Both the position numbers and the translations under genes were made by a program. A stretch of 61,930 nucleotides of DNA from a virus (Duplodnaviria > Caudoviricetes), in IMG/VR virus record IMGVR_UViG_3300047476_000159, positions 1 to 61,930 of that record; one strand, written 5' to 3'. Positions 40,373-49,132 of this stretch are shown here, piece by piece; positions within the stretch are counted from its first letter, which is position 1; the number at the start of each line of letters is the position of its first letter. A model generated the notes under the pieces. That model was given only the letters and a program-made list of their open reading frames with translations. It searched no databases and was not told the DNA's origin.

Positions 40373-41068
40373 ATGACTAGAAAATTGTGTGTTGCTGGAT
40401 GTAGCTTTAGTGATTATACACATGTAGACCGGGTATACGGTGAATACCTAGCAGACAACCTACAGTTGCAGTATGTACATGAGGCAGCTGGTTGCGGAAG
40501 TAACTGGCGAATATGGCGTAGAGTTGTAGGTAACGTACTAAGCGGTGTAATATGTCCTGATGATATTGTCATAATACAATATACTAATCCAGAACGCAGA
40601 GAATTTTTTAGTAAAAACAAACCGTTCAATCATGTAGTTGATCCTAACAATAAAATAAGAACAGTAGAGCCTTATGATGACGGATCATTGATACGTTATA
40701 AATATAACAGTCACACATGGCAAGACTATGATAATGAAAATGACTTTTTCAAGGCATATGAAGATAATCACATTTCCATAACTTATGAGCGTGAACTGTT
40801 CAATGTTCATCACGAAATGTTTCAATCTTTTATGAAAGAAAGAAATATCAATGTCATATTCATACATGGTAGATACATAAAAAATAACAAGATAAACATA
40901 TCTTATAATGAAAAATATAAGCCATATGTATTCAATGAAGATTTGGTAGTGATGATGGCCGATGAATATCGATTGTTACCAGATGATCTTGGGCATATGA
41001 GTGAACAGGGACATAAAAAATTCAGTGAGTTGTTATGCGACCACATTAAAAATATAAATTTAATTTGA
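40373..41068 (+). CDS. SGNH-like protein
   Basis: 'AGCSFS', 'GCGSN', 'QYTNPERRE' and a C-terminal 'DLGHMSEQGH'. ATG 5 nt after TAAATA. Confidence 0.55.
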   Translation: MTRKLCVAGCSFSDYTHVDRVYGEYLADNLQLQYVHEAAGCGSNWRIWRRVVGNVLSGVICPDDIVIIQYTNPERREFFSKNKPFNHVVDPNNKIRTVEPYDDGSLIRYKYNSHTWQDYDNENDFFKAYEDNHISITYERELFNVHHEMFQSFMKERNINVIFIHGRYIKNNKINISYNEKYKPYVFNEDLVVMMADEYRLLPDDLGHMSEQGHKKFSELLCDHIKNINLI

Positions 41069-41075
41069 GAGAACT

Positions 41076-42266
41076 ATGAAAAGAGTAGCAATGATTGGGG
41101 TAGGTAAGTTAGGTCAAGACTGCGGTGAAGTCATGGCAGAACATTATGAGGTTTCTGGATATGACATAGAACCCAGAAATCCTAATTTTCATATGGCATC
41201 TTCTATAGAAGATGCTGTAACAGGTAGAGATATTATTTTCATTGCGGCACCTACACCGCATGATCCTATATATGGCGGTGAGACACCAACTAGTCATCTA
41301 CCCAATAAAGACTTTGACTACACAATCGTCAAAGGCATTTTAGAAGAAGTTAACAAGTATGTTAATAAGAGTCAATTAGTTGTTCTCATTAGTACCGTGT
41401 TACCCGGAACAGTACGCTCTTTATTATATCCCTGTATAACCAATGCTAGATTCATTTATAATCCTTATTTGATTGCTATGGGCACTGTCAAGTGGGACAT
41501 GGTAAACCCTGAAATGGTCATCATTGGCACAGAAGATGGTAGCATTACAGGAGATGCCCGTGAACTAATTGATTTTTATAATGTTTTCATGGAGAACAAC
41601 CCTAGATACGAAGTCGGCACATGGGACGAAGCAGAATCCATTAAGATTTTCTATAATACATTTATTAGTACAAAACTAGCGTTAGTTAACATGATTCAAG
41701 ATGTCGCTGAAACTAACGGAAATATCAATGTTGACGTAGTTACTAATGCGTTAGCTAAGTCAACACATAGAATTATGGGACCTGCTTATATGAAGGCTGG
41801 GTTAGGGGATGCCGGAGCATGTCATCCTAGAGATAATATTGCGTTGAGATACTTAGCAGAACGTTTAGATTTAGGTTATGATTTGTTTGATGCTATCATG
41901 ACAGCTAGAGAAGCACAAGCAGAACGTATGGCATTGAAATGTTTAGAAAGCGGCAAGAACATAACAATCATAGGAAAAGCATATAAACCAGCAGTACCAT
42001 ATACAAACGGCAGTGCTAGTATGCTTGTAGGTCACTATATAGAAAAGCACGGTGGAACTGTTAACTATTTTGATGTCCATACAGGAGACTTAGATTTAAA
42101 GTCTGACTGGACTCATGTGTATCTTATTGGGTACTGGGAAGAATATGTCGAACATTTAGTATTGCCGCCGCACTCTACTGTAATAGATCCATGGAGAAAG
42201 ATAACATCGGATCATCATACCGGTACAATCATACATTATGGTGATACCAGAAAAAAAAAGGTATAA
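41076..42266 (+). CDS. UDP-glucose/GDP-mannose 6-dehydrogenase family protein
   Basis: Rossmann GVGKLG, 'STVLPGT', 'AESIKIFYNTF', catalytic Cys in 'GACHPRD', 'GKAYKP' and 'DPWR'. Confidence 0.9.
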   Translation: MKRVAMIGVGKLGQDCGEVMAEHYEVSGYDIEPRNPNFHMASSIEDAVTGRDIIFIAAPTPHDPIYGGETPTSHLPNKDFDYTIVKGILEEVNKYVNKSQLVVLISTVLPGTVRSLLYPCITNARFIYNPYLIAMGTVKWDMVNPEMVIIGTEDGSITGDARELIDFYNVFMENNPRYEVGTWDEAESIKIFYNTFISTKLALVNMIQDVAETNGNINVDVVTNALAKSTHRIMGPAYMKAGLGDAGACHPRDNIALRYLAERLDLGYDLFDAIMTAREAQAERMALKCLESGKNITIIGKAYKPAVPYTNGSASMLVGHYIEKHGGTVNYFDVHTGDLDLKSDWTHVYLIGYWEEYVEHLVLPPHSTVIDPWRKITSDHHTGTIIHYGDTRKKKV

Positions 42267-42280
42267 ACACAATCGGGCCA

Positions 42281-43432
42281 ATGAGTGATGAGTGGTACGT
42301 TAGTATAAAACACTCATGTGAACTTGTTTGGCCAGAGCTAGAAAAATACGAAAACATAATTCACTACATATACGCCTCTACTCATCACACTTATACTATT
42401 CAATACAGACTACCTGAAGATATAGTAGAAGAAATCAGAGAGGCGTTGTCACGGGGCAAGAAGAAGTTTGTGTTCTATAATAGTCCCGAAACTATAATAG
42501 ATTTATTAGTACACAAAATTCAAATGGTAGTAGAAATGATGCCGGATCTAGATTCTTCTGATTTTATTTTTACTACAGCCGCGCCCCATGGTCAAGAATG
42601 CTATGATAAGATGGCAGACAGATTAAATTGGACTAGAAGATTTACAGTGCTATCTGGAGATCACTTTGAACAAGTTGTCCAACATAGTATGAAGCCAATC
42701 ATTCCCTATATAGGAATGTACGAAGTAAAAAAGAAAAAAAAGAAATTTCTTTGTTTCAATAAAGTCCATAGATTACACAGAGCCAAATTACTCGCTGACA
42801 TGTATAAGGCAAATTTAGTACAAGAGGGTTATTATTCTTTTCAGGGAGGTAGTCCTGATTGGCTAGAACAATACAAAAATTATAAATTTGAGAATAGAGA
42901 AAATGATGATTTTGTAGATGTTCTAGTAGAACACGAAGATGAATTTCCATTAGTGTTAAACATAACGGAAGAAAGACATAACCCCATCGATCTACTTCCG
43001 GAAGATATAGACTACCACCGCGAAAGTTATTTCAGCATAATAACAGAAACTATATTCTACGGAAATCACAATGAAGGTATGACATTGTATAGAAATGAAG
43101 ATACCTTGTTTATAAGCGAAAAAACCTACAAGGCGATAGCGTTCAAGCATCCATTTTTGATATTCGGGTGCCCCGGAACACTAGCTCACTTACACAAAGC
43201 TGGTTACAAGACGTTTCACCCATACATTGATGAACGGTATGACAGCGAACGGGATGACCAAAAGAGATACGATATGTTAGTATCCGAAATAAAAAGACTG
43301 TGTGCTATGTCAGAATCAGAGTGGTTGGACTGGCAAAACAATATAAAGATGACGATAGAACATAACTATATGGTTTTACGAAACAGACAATCATTCCATC
43401 AAACCAAAAACATTGATAAATTGTTTCAATGA
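42281..43432 (+). CDS. Putative glycosyltransferase (paralog of 38322-39530)
   Basis: 'KKFLCFNKVHRLHR' and 'FSIITET...FISEKTYKAIAFKHPF...GYKTF...DERYD'. Confidence 0.5.
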   Translation: MSDEWYVSIKHSCELVWPELEKYENIIHYIYASTHHTYTIQYRLPEDIVEEIREALSRGKKKFVFYNSPETIIDLLVHKIQMVVEMMPDLDSSDFIFTTAAPHGQECYDKMADRLNWTRRFTVLSGDHFEQVVQHSMKPIIPYIGMYEVKKKKKKFLCFNKVHRLHRAKLLADMYKANLVQEGYYSFQGGSPDWLEQYKNYKFENRENDDFVDVLVEHEDEFPLVLNITEERHNPIDLLPEDIDYHRESYFSIITETIFYGNHNEGMTLYRNEDTLFISEKTYKAIAFKHPFLIFGCPGTLAHLHKAGYKTFHPYIDERYDSERDDQKRYDMLVSEIKRLCAMSESEWLDWQNNIKMTIEHNYMVLRNRQSFHQTKNIDKLFQ

Positions 43433-43467
43433 CGTTATACTATTAAATAGTAGAATAGGAGCAAAAT

Positions 43468-45690
43468 TTGTACTCAGAATTTCAAAAATTGTCTAAAGAG
43501 GCAAAATTACCAGAAAAGCCATCAGAGGATATGGCAGATGCCCGTCACACACGGATGATGGAGGCAATAGCACCTTATGCTAAAACCAGTGTTCAAAAGA
43601 ACGTAACTAACGTAGACCTTTCATACAAGCATAGAAATACTAAATTAATGTTGATTCTCATGCCCGAATGGGCACCAGAATTTCCACCGTTTAATATTGC
43701 TAGGTTAACCGCAGTAGCAAAGAGTGCCGGCTATGAAACATCAGCGTTAGACCTTAATGTCAAGGCATACCGTGCGTTGCGAAGCAAGGTTCAATCCAAA
43801 GAAATAGACTTTGATCCATGGGACGGCGCACGTGAGTGGAAGTGGCTAGAAAGCACATACTACACTGAAATTCACCCACACGTAGAACCTATCTTCCGCA
43901 AATACATCGAAGAAATTAAAAAGAATCCACCTGACGTAGTTGGCTTTAGTATGTATTATTGTAACGAAGCTCCGGTTACATGGATGGCAAAAGAATTAAA
44001 GAAAGAAATACCAGGTATTAAAATTGCCATCGGTGGTAGTAATATTCACAATCAAGTTATGCAGTTTCAAAATCGTGAAGAATTTGACTACGTAGTTAAT
44101 GGTGAAGGTGAAGCACTTCTATTAGAAATCTTAGAAGAAATTGAATCAGGTAAAGTTTACGATACAACGCAGTTGAGATTCCAACCAGAAAGTCAGCGTA
44201 TTAACTTGAACAATATGCCACTTCCTGACTATAGTTCATTTGACTTCAACGATTACAATTATCCTAACGGTGTATGTAGTGAACTAAGTCGTGGTTGTAC
44301 CGCTAAATGTACATTCTGTGAAGAAACTCACTTCTGGAAATATCGTCAGCGCATGGCTACTGATATCTTGACGGAAGTTGAAACTCTATATTATGAGCGT
44401 GGCACTGATGTTTTTTGGTTCATTGATAGTTTAGTCAACGGTAACTTGAATGAGCTACGAGCCTTCTGTAAAGGCGTCATTGCTAAAGATTTGAAAATCA
44501 AGTGGACAGGTTATAGTCGTTGTGATGGTAGAATGGACTATGACTTTTACAAAGACTTAGCTGATTCAGGATGTTTGTTTTTAAACTATGGCGTTGAGTC
44601 GGGCTCACAAAAAGTACTAGATGACATGGTCAAGGGTGTGTCTATTGCTGAGATGGAACAGAACTTCCGTGATGGTAAGAAGACTGGAGTCATGGCATTC
44701 ACAAACTGGATGGTAGGCTTCCCTACAGAAGAATATCAAGACTTTGCGGATACAATTACTTTCTTGTGGCGTAACAAAGACAACGGTATCATTAACATCG
44801 CTGCCGGTTTCGGATTTGGCTTGGGTATGACAAGTATTGTTGGTCAGAACCCTGCTAGATTCAATGTGTTGGATCACAAATACCTAGGCAATTGGATCAC
44901 TAAAGATTTCAAATTATCAAAATTACACGTGTTGATGCGAATGAAGATGTTTGCTATCTTCCTTCAACAACTAGTAACTGAGTCTCATGTTGTAATACCT
45001 AACAGACCAAATCTTCCTAAATTCCACTACAAGATCGAATACAATGATCCTAATAAGTTGAATGACATTGAGTATGAACGATTCGATTATCATATCATCA
45101 AACCAAACATTGGTCCATTCGCTGATAACTTAATGAATGAAATGTTTGTGTTGTTTAGAATGCTGTGGCGCTGCCGTGGTGGGTTCAAAGCTACTGTCAT
45201 ATTTGATGAAGAATTAGATATGCGTGAGTGGGGAGACCGCAATGCCGGACCAATGAACAGCGAACATGTGTTTGAAATCGATGATGCTGGTAACTGGAAA
45301 GCTAAATTCTGGGTTCAGTTTAAGCAACCACCTAGAGACTTGAATCCAGATGATCCATTCGGTCCAAGAACTCCGTTCTTTGCTCAAGATTATTCTAGAA
45401 CTAATTTGAACACTGCTACTCGTGCTAGAAAGTTTGCTAAACCATCATGGGGCGATGAAGGTCGTAATCATGAAGAATTTATGGCATTATTAGAAGAAGA
45501 AAGAATGTTGAACGAAACAATCGACTTCTCGTTTGAACATACTTGGGAAGGCGACGGCTACTGGGGAGACAGCAAGCAATATGAAATCGCAGTTCCTAAC
45601 AAGAGTATTGCTGATTCAGATATCCCGACTAGTACTGCCCCTGAATTACCCGCCGAGGCAGTGGTTACATTTCATAGGACGAAACCATAA
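43468..45690 (+). CDS. Cobalamin-dependent (class B) radical SAM protein, methyltransferase-like
   Basis: TTG start with an AGGAG RBS. B12-binding domain (PDVVGFS...IGGS...GEGE), SRGCTAKCTFC and GVESGSQKVLDDMVKG, plus a long C-terminal extension. Confidence 0.9.
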   Translation: MYSEFQKLSKEAKLPEKPSEDMADARHTRMMEAIAPYAKTSVQKNVTNVDLSYKHRNTKLMLILMPEWAPEFPPFNIARLTAVAKSAGYETSALDLNVKAYRALRSKVQSKEIDFDPWDGAREWKWLESTYYTEIHPHVEPIFRKYIEEIKKNPPDVVGFSMYYCNEAPVTWMAKELKKEIPGIKIAIGGSNIHNQVMQFQNREEFDYVVNGEGEALLLEILEEIESGKVYDTTQLRFQPESQRINLNNMPLPDYSSFDFNDYNYPNGVCSELSRGCTAKCTFCEETHFWKYRQRMATDILTEVETLYYERGTDVFWFIDSLVNGNLNELRAFCKGVIAKDLKIKWTGYSRCDGRMDYDFYKDLADSGCLFLNYGVESGSQKVLDDMVKGVSIAEMEQNFRDGKKTGVMAFTNWMVGFPTEEYQDFADTITFLWRNKDNGIINIAAGFGFGLGMTSIVGQNPARFNVLDHKYLGNWITKDFKLSKLHVLMRMKMFAIFLQQLVTESHVVIPNRPNLPKFHYKIEYNDPNKLNDIEYERFDYHIIKPNIGPFADNLMNEMFVLFRMLWRCRGGFKATVIFDEELDMREWGDRNAGPMNSEHVFEIDDAGNWKAKFWVQFKQPPRDLNPDDPFGPRTPFFAQDYSRTNLNTATRARKFAKPSWGDEGRNHEEFMALLEEERMLNETIDFSFEHTWEGDGYWGDSKQYEIAVPNKSIADSDIPTSTAPELPAEAVVTFHRTKP

Positions 45691-45785
45691 TGTTTATTAT
45701 CAGATTCTTTCAAAATTTAATTCGTGAGTATAAGTACCGCAAACGACTCAAAGAACTAAAGAAACGTGACCCGTTTATATATTAA
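45690..45785 (+). CDS. 31-aa basic peptide (MFIIRFFQNLIREYKYRKRLKELKKRDPFIY), not in the ORF track
   Basis: Exactly fills the gap between its neighbours, with TAATG overlaps at both ends. Confidence 0.75.
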   Translation: MFIIRFFQNLIREYKYRKRLKELKKRDPFIY

Positions 45786-46378
45786 TGGATAACAAAGTAC
45801 GTGAATTTGAACATGAGGTGTCTAATTTTTTTAGCGCACCTTATGCCATTGCCACTGATTGCTGTACACATGCTATTGAATTGTGTCTACGTTTAACTAA
45901 ACACAATAATATAACGTGCCCGACCAACACCTATCTCAGTGTTCCTATGACTTTTGAGAAATTAGGATTGAACTGGGCATTCTTCCATCAATATTGGAAA
46001 GATTACTACTATATAGGCAATACTAATATCATTGACGCCGCAGTATATTGGAAAGAAGATGGATACATACCAAACACAATGATGTGCCTCAGCTTTCAGT
46101 TTAAAAAACATCTTAATATAGGTCGCGGTGGGATGATTCTATTAGATAATCCCGAGCAATATGAGCAATTATTGAAGATGCGATATGACGGCCGAGAAGA
46201 TGATATACCGTGGGCAGACCAGGATATAAATACATTGGGATATCATTATTACATGACACCTGAAATGGCACAGATCGGCTTAGATAAACTAAAAGTTGCT
46301 AGAAATACTAAGCCCAAACTTTGGTCATGGGAGAATTATCCTGATATATCTAAAATGAAAGTGTTTAATGCTAAGTAA
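45785..46378 (+). CDS. DegT/DnrJ/EryC1/StrS-family PLP sugar aminotransferase (short form)
   Basis: 'CCTHAIEL', 'DAA', PLP-Lys motif 'SFQFKKHLNIGRGG' and 'GYHYYM'. Confidence 0.8.
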   Translation: MDNKVREFEHEVSNFFSAPYAIATDCCTHAIELCLRLTKHNNITCPTNTYLSVPMTFEKLGLNWAFFHQYWKDYYYIGNTNIIDAAVYWKEDGYIPNTMMCLSFQFKKHLNIGRGGMILLDNPEQYEQLLKMRYDGREDDIPWADQDINTLGYHYYMTPEMAQIGLDKLKVARNTKPKLWSWENYPDISKMKVFNAK

Positions 46379-47342
46379 AAATGAGTGGGATCCGTTGAAG
46401 GCTGTCATAGTGGGGGTAGCAGACGATGCTACCATTCCTACTGTAGATGACAGCTTGCGTATGGTTAATTATGCTGACAAGAAAGATGTTAGTACTATAC
46501 CTTCAGGTCCCTACCCTCAACAAGTTGTCGATGAAGCTAATGAAGATTTAGAAAGATTCGCATCTTTTCTAACGTCATGTGACGTAGAAGTAATGCGTCC
46601 TGATAAAAGAGTCAAGCCAGCTTACTATAACTACTGTCCGCGAGACACAGTTTTAGTTCACGATGACATGATATTGGCATCCCCTAATCCCATTTCTGCT
46701 AGGGCGAATGAGTACTTGGCTATGGTATCAGAGTTAAGTCATTTTGCTCCTGTAAAAGTAGCACAAACTAACCGTAATGGATTATACAACATTGAATGTT
46801 TAGGTAATCCTGACGTACTAGCATTAAACGAGACTAGTCCTTCATTTGATGCTGCCAACATTCTTAGAGATAATGACAATCTTTATTATCTAGTAAGTAA
46901 TAGCGGCAATAAAAAAGGTGCTGAGTATCTACAAGAACTACATCCAACTAAAAAAGTATGGACTATTGAAGGTGTGTATAGTTATATGCACTTGGATAGT
47001 ACTATTGCGTTGTTGCGTGAAGGATTGATGTTATTGAATCCATCACGAATCAAGTCAATAGAACAACTACCTAAGCCATTACGATCTTGGGATGTTATAT
47101 GGGCACCTGAGCCAGTAGACATAGGACACCATCCAGGCTATTGTAATGCTAGCACATGGGTTAGTGTAAACTTGTTTAGTGTAAATCCTAACCTAGCGGT
47201 AGTAGAAGAACACCAAGTGCCACTACAAAAAGAGTTAGAAAAACACAACATACAAGTTGAAATGTTACCAATGAGACATGCTAGAACATTAGGTGGATGC
47301 TTTCATTGCGTTACATTAGATATTTTGAGAGACCACAAATAA
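46368..47342 (+). CDS. Amidinotransferase (StrB1/glycine amidinotransferase-like)
   Basis: 'NEWDPLKAVIVG', 'YCPRD', 'FDAAN', 'MHLD' and catalytic Cys in 'GGCFHCVTLD'. Confidence 0.9.
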   Translation: MLSKNEWDPLKAVIVGVADDATIPTVDDSLRMVNYADKKDVSTIPSGPYPQQVVDEANEDLERFASFLTSCDVEVMRPDKRVKPAYYNYCPRDTVLVHDDMILASPNPISARANEYLAMVSELSHFAPVKVAQTNRNGLYNIECLGNPDVLALNETSPSFDAANILRDNDNLYYLVSNSGNKKGAEYLQELHPTKKVWTIEGVYSYMHLDSTIALLREGLMLLNPSRIKSIEQLPKPLRSWDVIWAPEPVDIGHHPGYCNASTWVSVNLFSVNPNLAVVEEHQVPLQKELEKHNIQVEMLPMRHARTLGGCFHCVTLDILRDHK

Positions 47343-49132
47343 TGAATACAAGTAGAGAAAAATGGTCCAGGGGGTTTATTACTCCTTTCTGGCAAGATGA
47401 TTATAAAACTTTCGAATATTTCAGAATGGCAGCCCCTGAATCAGATGTTGAAACATGGCGAGCCCGTGGATACACTAAGGATATAAATTTCACAGGCAAA
47501 GCATACGACAATACAAATCCAATGCCAGAATGGACTGACAGATTTAAGAATATTTTCCAGCTAACAAACATGTCGTTTACATTTTACAAAATGGAAACAT
47601 TAGACATAATGCCGGTACACTATGACGCATTCCATCGTTACTTACAAATGAATGAATGTGAGTTTGACGATGTGCGTAGAGTATTGATTTTCCTAGAAGA
47701 CTGGAAGCCAGGACATTACTTTGAAATTGCCGGGCAGAGTTTTACTAATTGGAAAGCCGGTGAGTGGTTTATGTGGCAAGGGGACGTACATCATTCAGCA
47801 GCCAACATAGGTTTAGAAGATAGGTATACATTACAAATAACAGGCATTGATTACGCCATCACTGATAACTGGCAACATCTACAGTGGATGAACTTTACTG
47901 ATTTGCCTACAAAGAAAGAAGCGAAGTCAGCAAGGTTACAGGAACTTGATAAGTTAATAAACGGCAACAGAGGAATCCCTTATTACATATATTTTTACAA
48001 TGGTCAAATTCATGACCTAGAGAAAATAGTACATAGTATGGAAGTAGCTGACCAATTGAATCGCACAGGTGTTGACATATATTTGTATGAACCTCTATGT
48101 AGTTATGACGAGATCGGGCAACCTTACTATCCTCCTATTGGAAACAAAATGAGTATGCAGTTCTATTCAGAATTCAGTGATGAAGTCTTAGAGCATAGAG
48201 CTAGATTCCGCGCAGTCGAATTAGATAGTATTGAAAAATATATAAGAAACAATCAGCTAACTAAAGTCAGAGTACACACATGTGATTTTGAAGTAGAAAA
48301 ATATTATATATCTTACGAACATTTAATGGAAATTGATACGTTCGATTTGTTCTTACGGGCTTTTGATCCGTCTGAATTTGAACCATTAAATGATGGCGAG
48401 CCGACGAATCAGTTTACGAAGAAATTCGTGTGTATGAATTGGCGCTGGACTCCCCATCGACAATTAATTTCTGCCTATCTGGCAGCAAAAGATGACTCAT
48501 ATCTGTCTTGGTACTTTAAAACACCCGTACAAAATTTTATGACAGAGCCATGGTATAATCTAAAAGACATACGTGAACAAGATGAAATTTTCTATAGCAT
48601 TCTTTTAAAAGGATTACGTATGCTAAAAGATAATGGACCTTTTTGTTTAGATTTTAAAGTTGATGAAGCAGTAACTATAGGTCACCCTTATTTTAGAGAA
48701 GTATTACCCAAGTCATCGATACAAGATTGTAAGCCTCAAGTAGGTCATGTGAAGATGGATGTAGTAAAGAAAATTTATAATGATGTTTTTTGTGACATCG
48801 TTACAGAGTCTAGATTCGCACAACCAACAGCAAACATTAGTGAAAAAACACTAAGGGCAATGTTCTACAAAAAACCATTTGTATTAGTAGGACCACCAAA
48901 CTCATTAGCATACTTGCGTGAACTTGGTTTCAAAACATTCGGGGCAATTTGGGACGAAGGCTATGATACAATAGAAAACCACCAAGAACGCTTTTTCAAG
49001 ATAATTGAAGTTATTAGTCATTTAGAATCAGAACCAATTGAAGTATTAAGAGAACGCTATGATTCTATCGTTGATGTACTAGAGCATAACAGAGCACACT
49101 TATTAAAATTTTTAGATAAAGATAGAGAATGA
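47342..49132 (+). CDS. Fusion of a 2OG-Fe(II) oxygenase-like N-terminus and a glycosyltransferase-like C-terminus
   Basis: H-x-D (PVHYD)...H (HSAAN)...R (RYTLQITG), and C-terminal 'KKFVCMNWRWTPHR...ISEKTLRAMFYKKPF...GFKTF...DEGYD'. Start at a TAATG overlap. Confidence 0.7.
   Translation: MNTSREKWSRGFITPFWQDDYKTFEYFRMAAPESDVETWRARGYTKDINFTGKAYDNTNPMPEWTDRFKNIFQLTNMSFTFYKMETLDIMPVHYDAFHRYLQMNECEFDDVRRVLIFLEDWKPGHYFEIAGQSFTNWKAGEWFMWQGDVHHSAANIGLEDRYTLQITGIDYAITDNWQHLQWMNFTDLPTKKEAKSARLQELDKLINGNRGIPYYIYFYNGQIHDLEKIVHSMEVADQLNRTGVDIYLYEPLCSYDEIGQPYYPPIGNKMSMQFYSEFSDEVLEHRARFRAVELDSIEKYIRNNQLTKVRVHTCDFEVEKYYISYEHLMEIDTFDLFLRAFDPSEFEPLNDGEPTNQFTKKFVCMNWRWTPHRQLISAYLAAKDDSYLSWYFKTPVQNFMTEPWYNLKDIREQDEIFYSILLKGLRMLKDNGPFCLDFKVDEAVTIGHPYFREVLPKSSIQDCKPQVGHVKMDVVKKIYNDVFCDIVTESRFAQPTANISEKTLRAMFYKKPFVLVGPPNSLAYLRELGFKTFGAIWDEGYDTIENHQERFFKIIEVISHLESEPIEVLRERYDSIVDVLEHNRAHLLKFLDKDRE

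Noticed and set aside
42251-42746. Poly-A runs as programmed slippage sites
   Set aside because: Both encode Lys runs in intact frames, and I saw no sign of a split gene that would need a frameshift.
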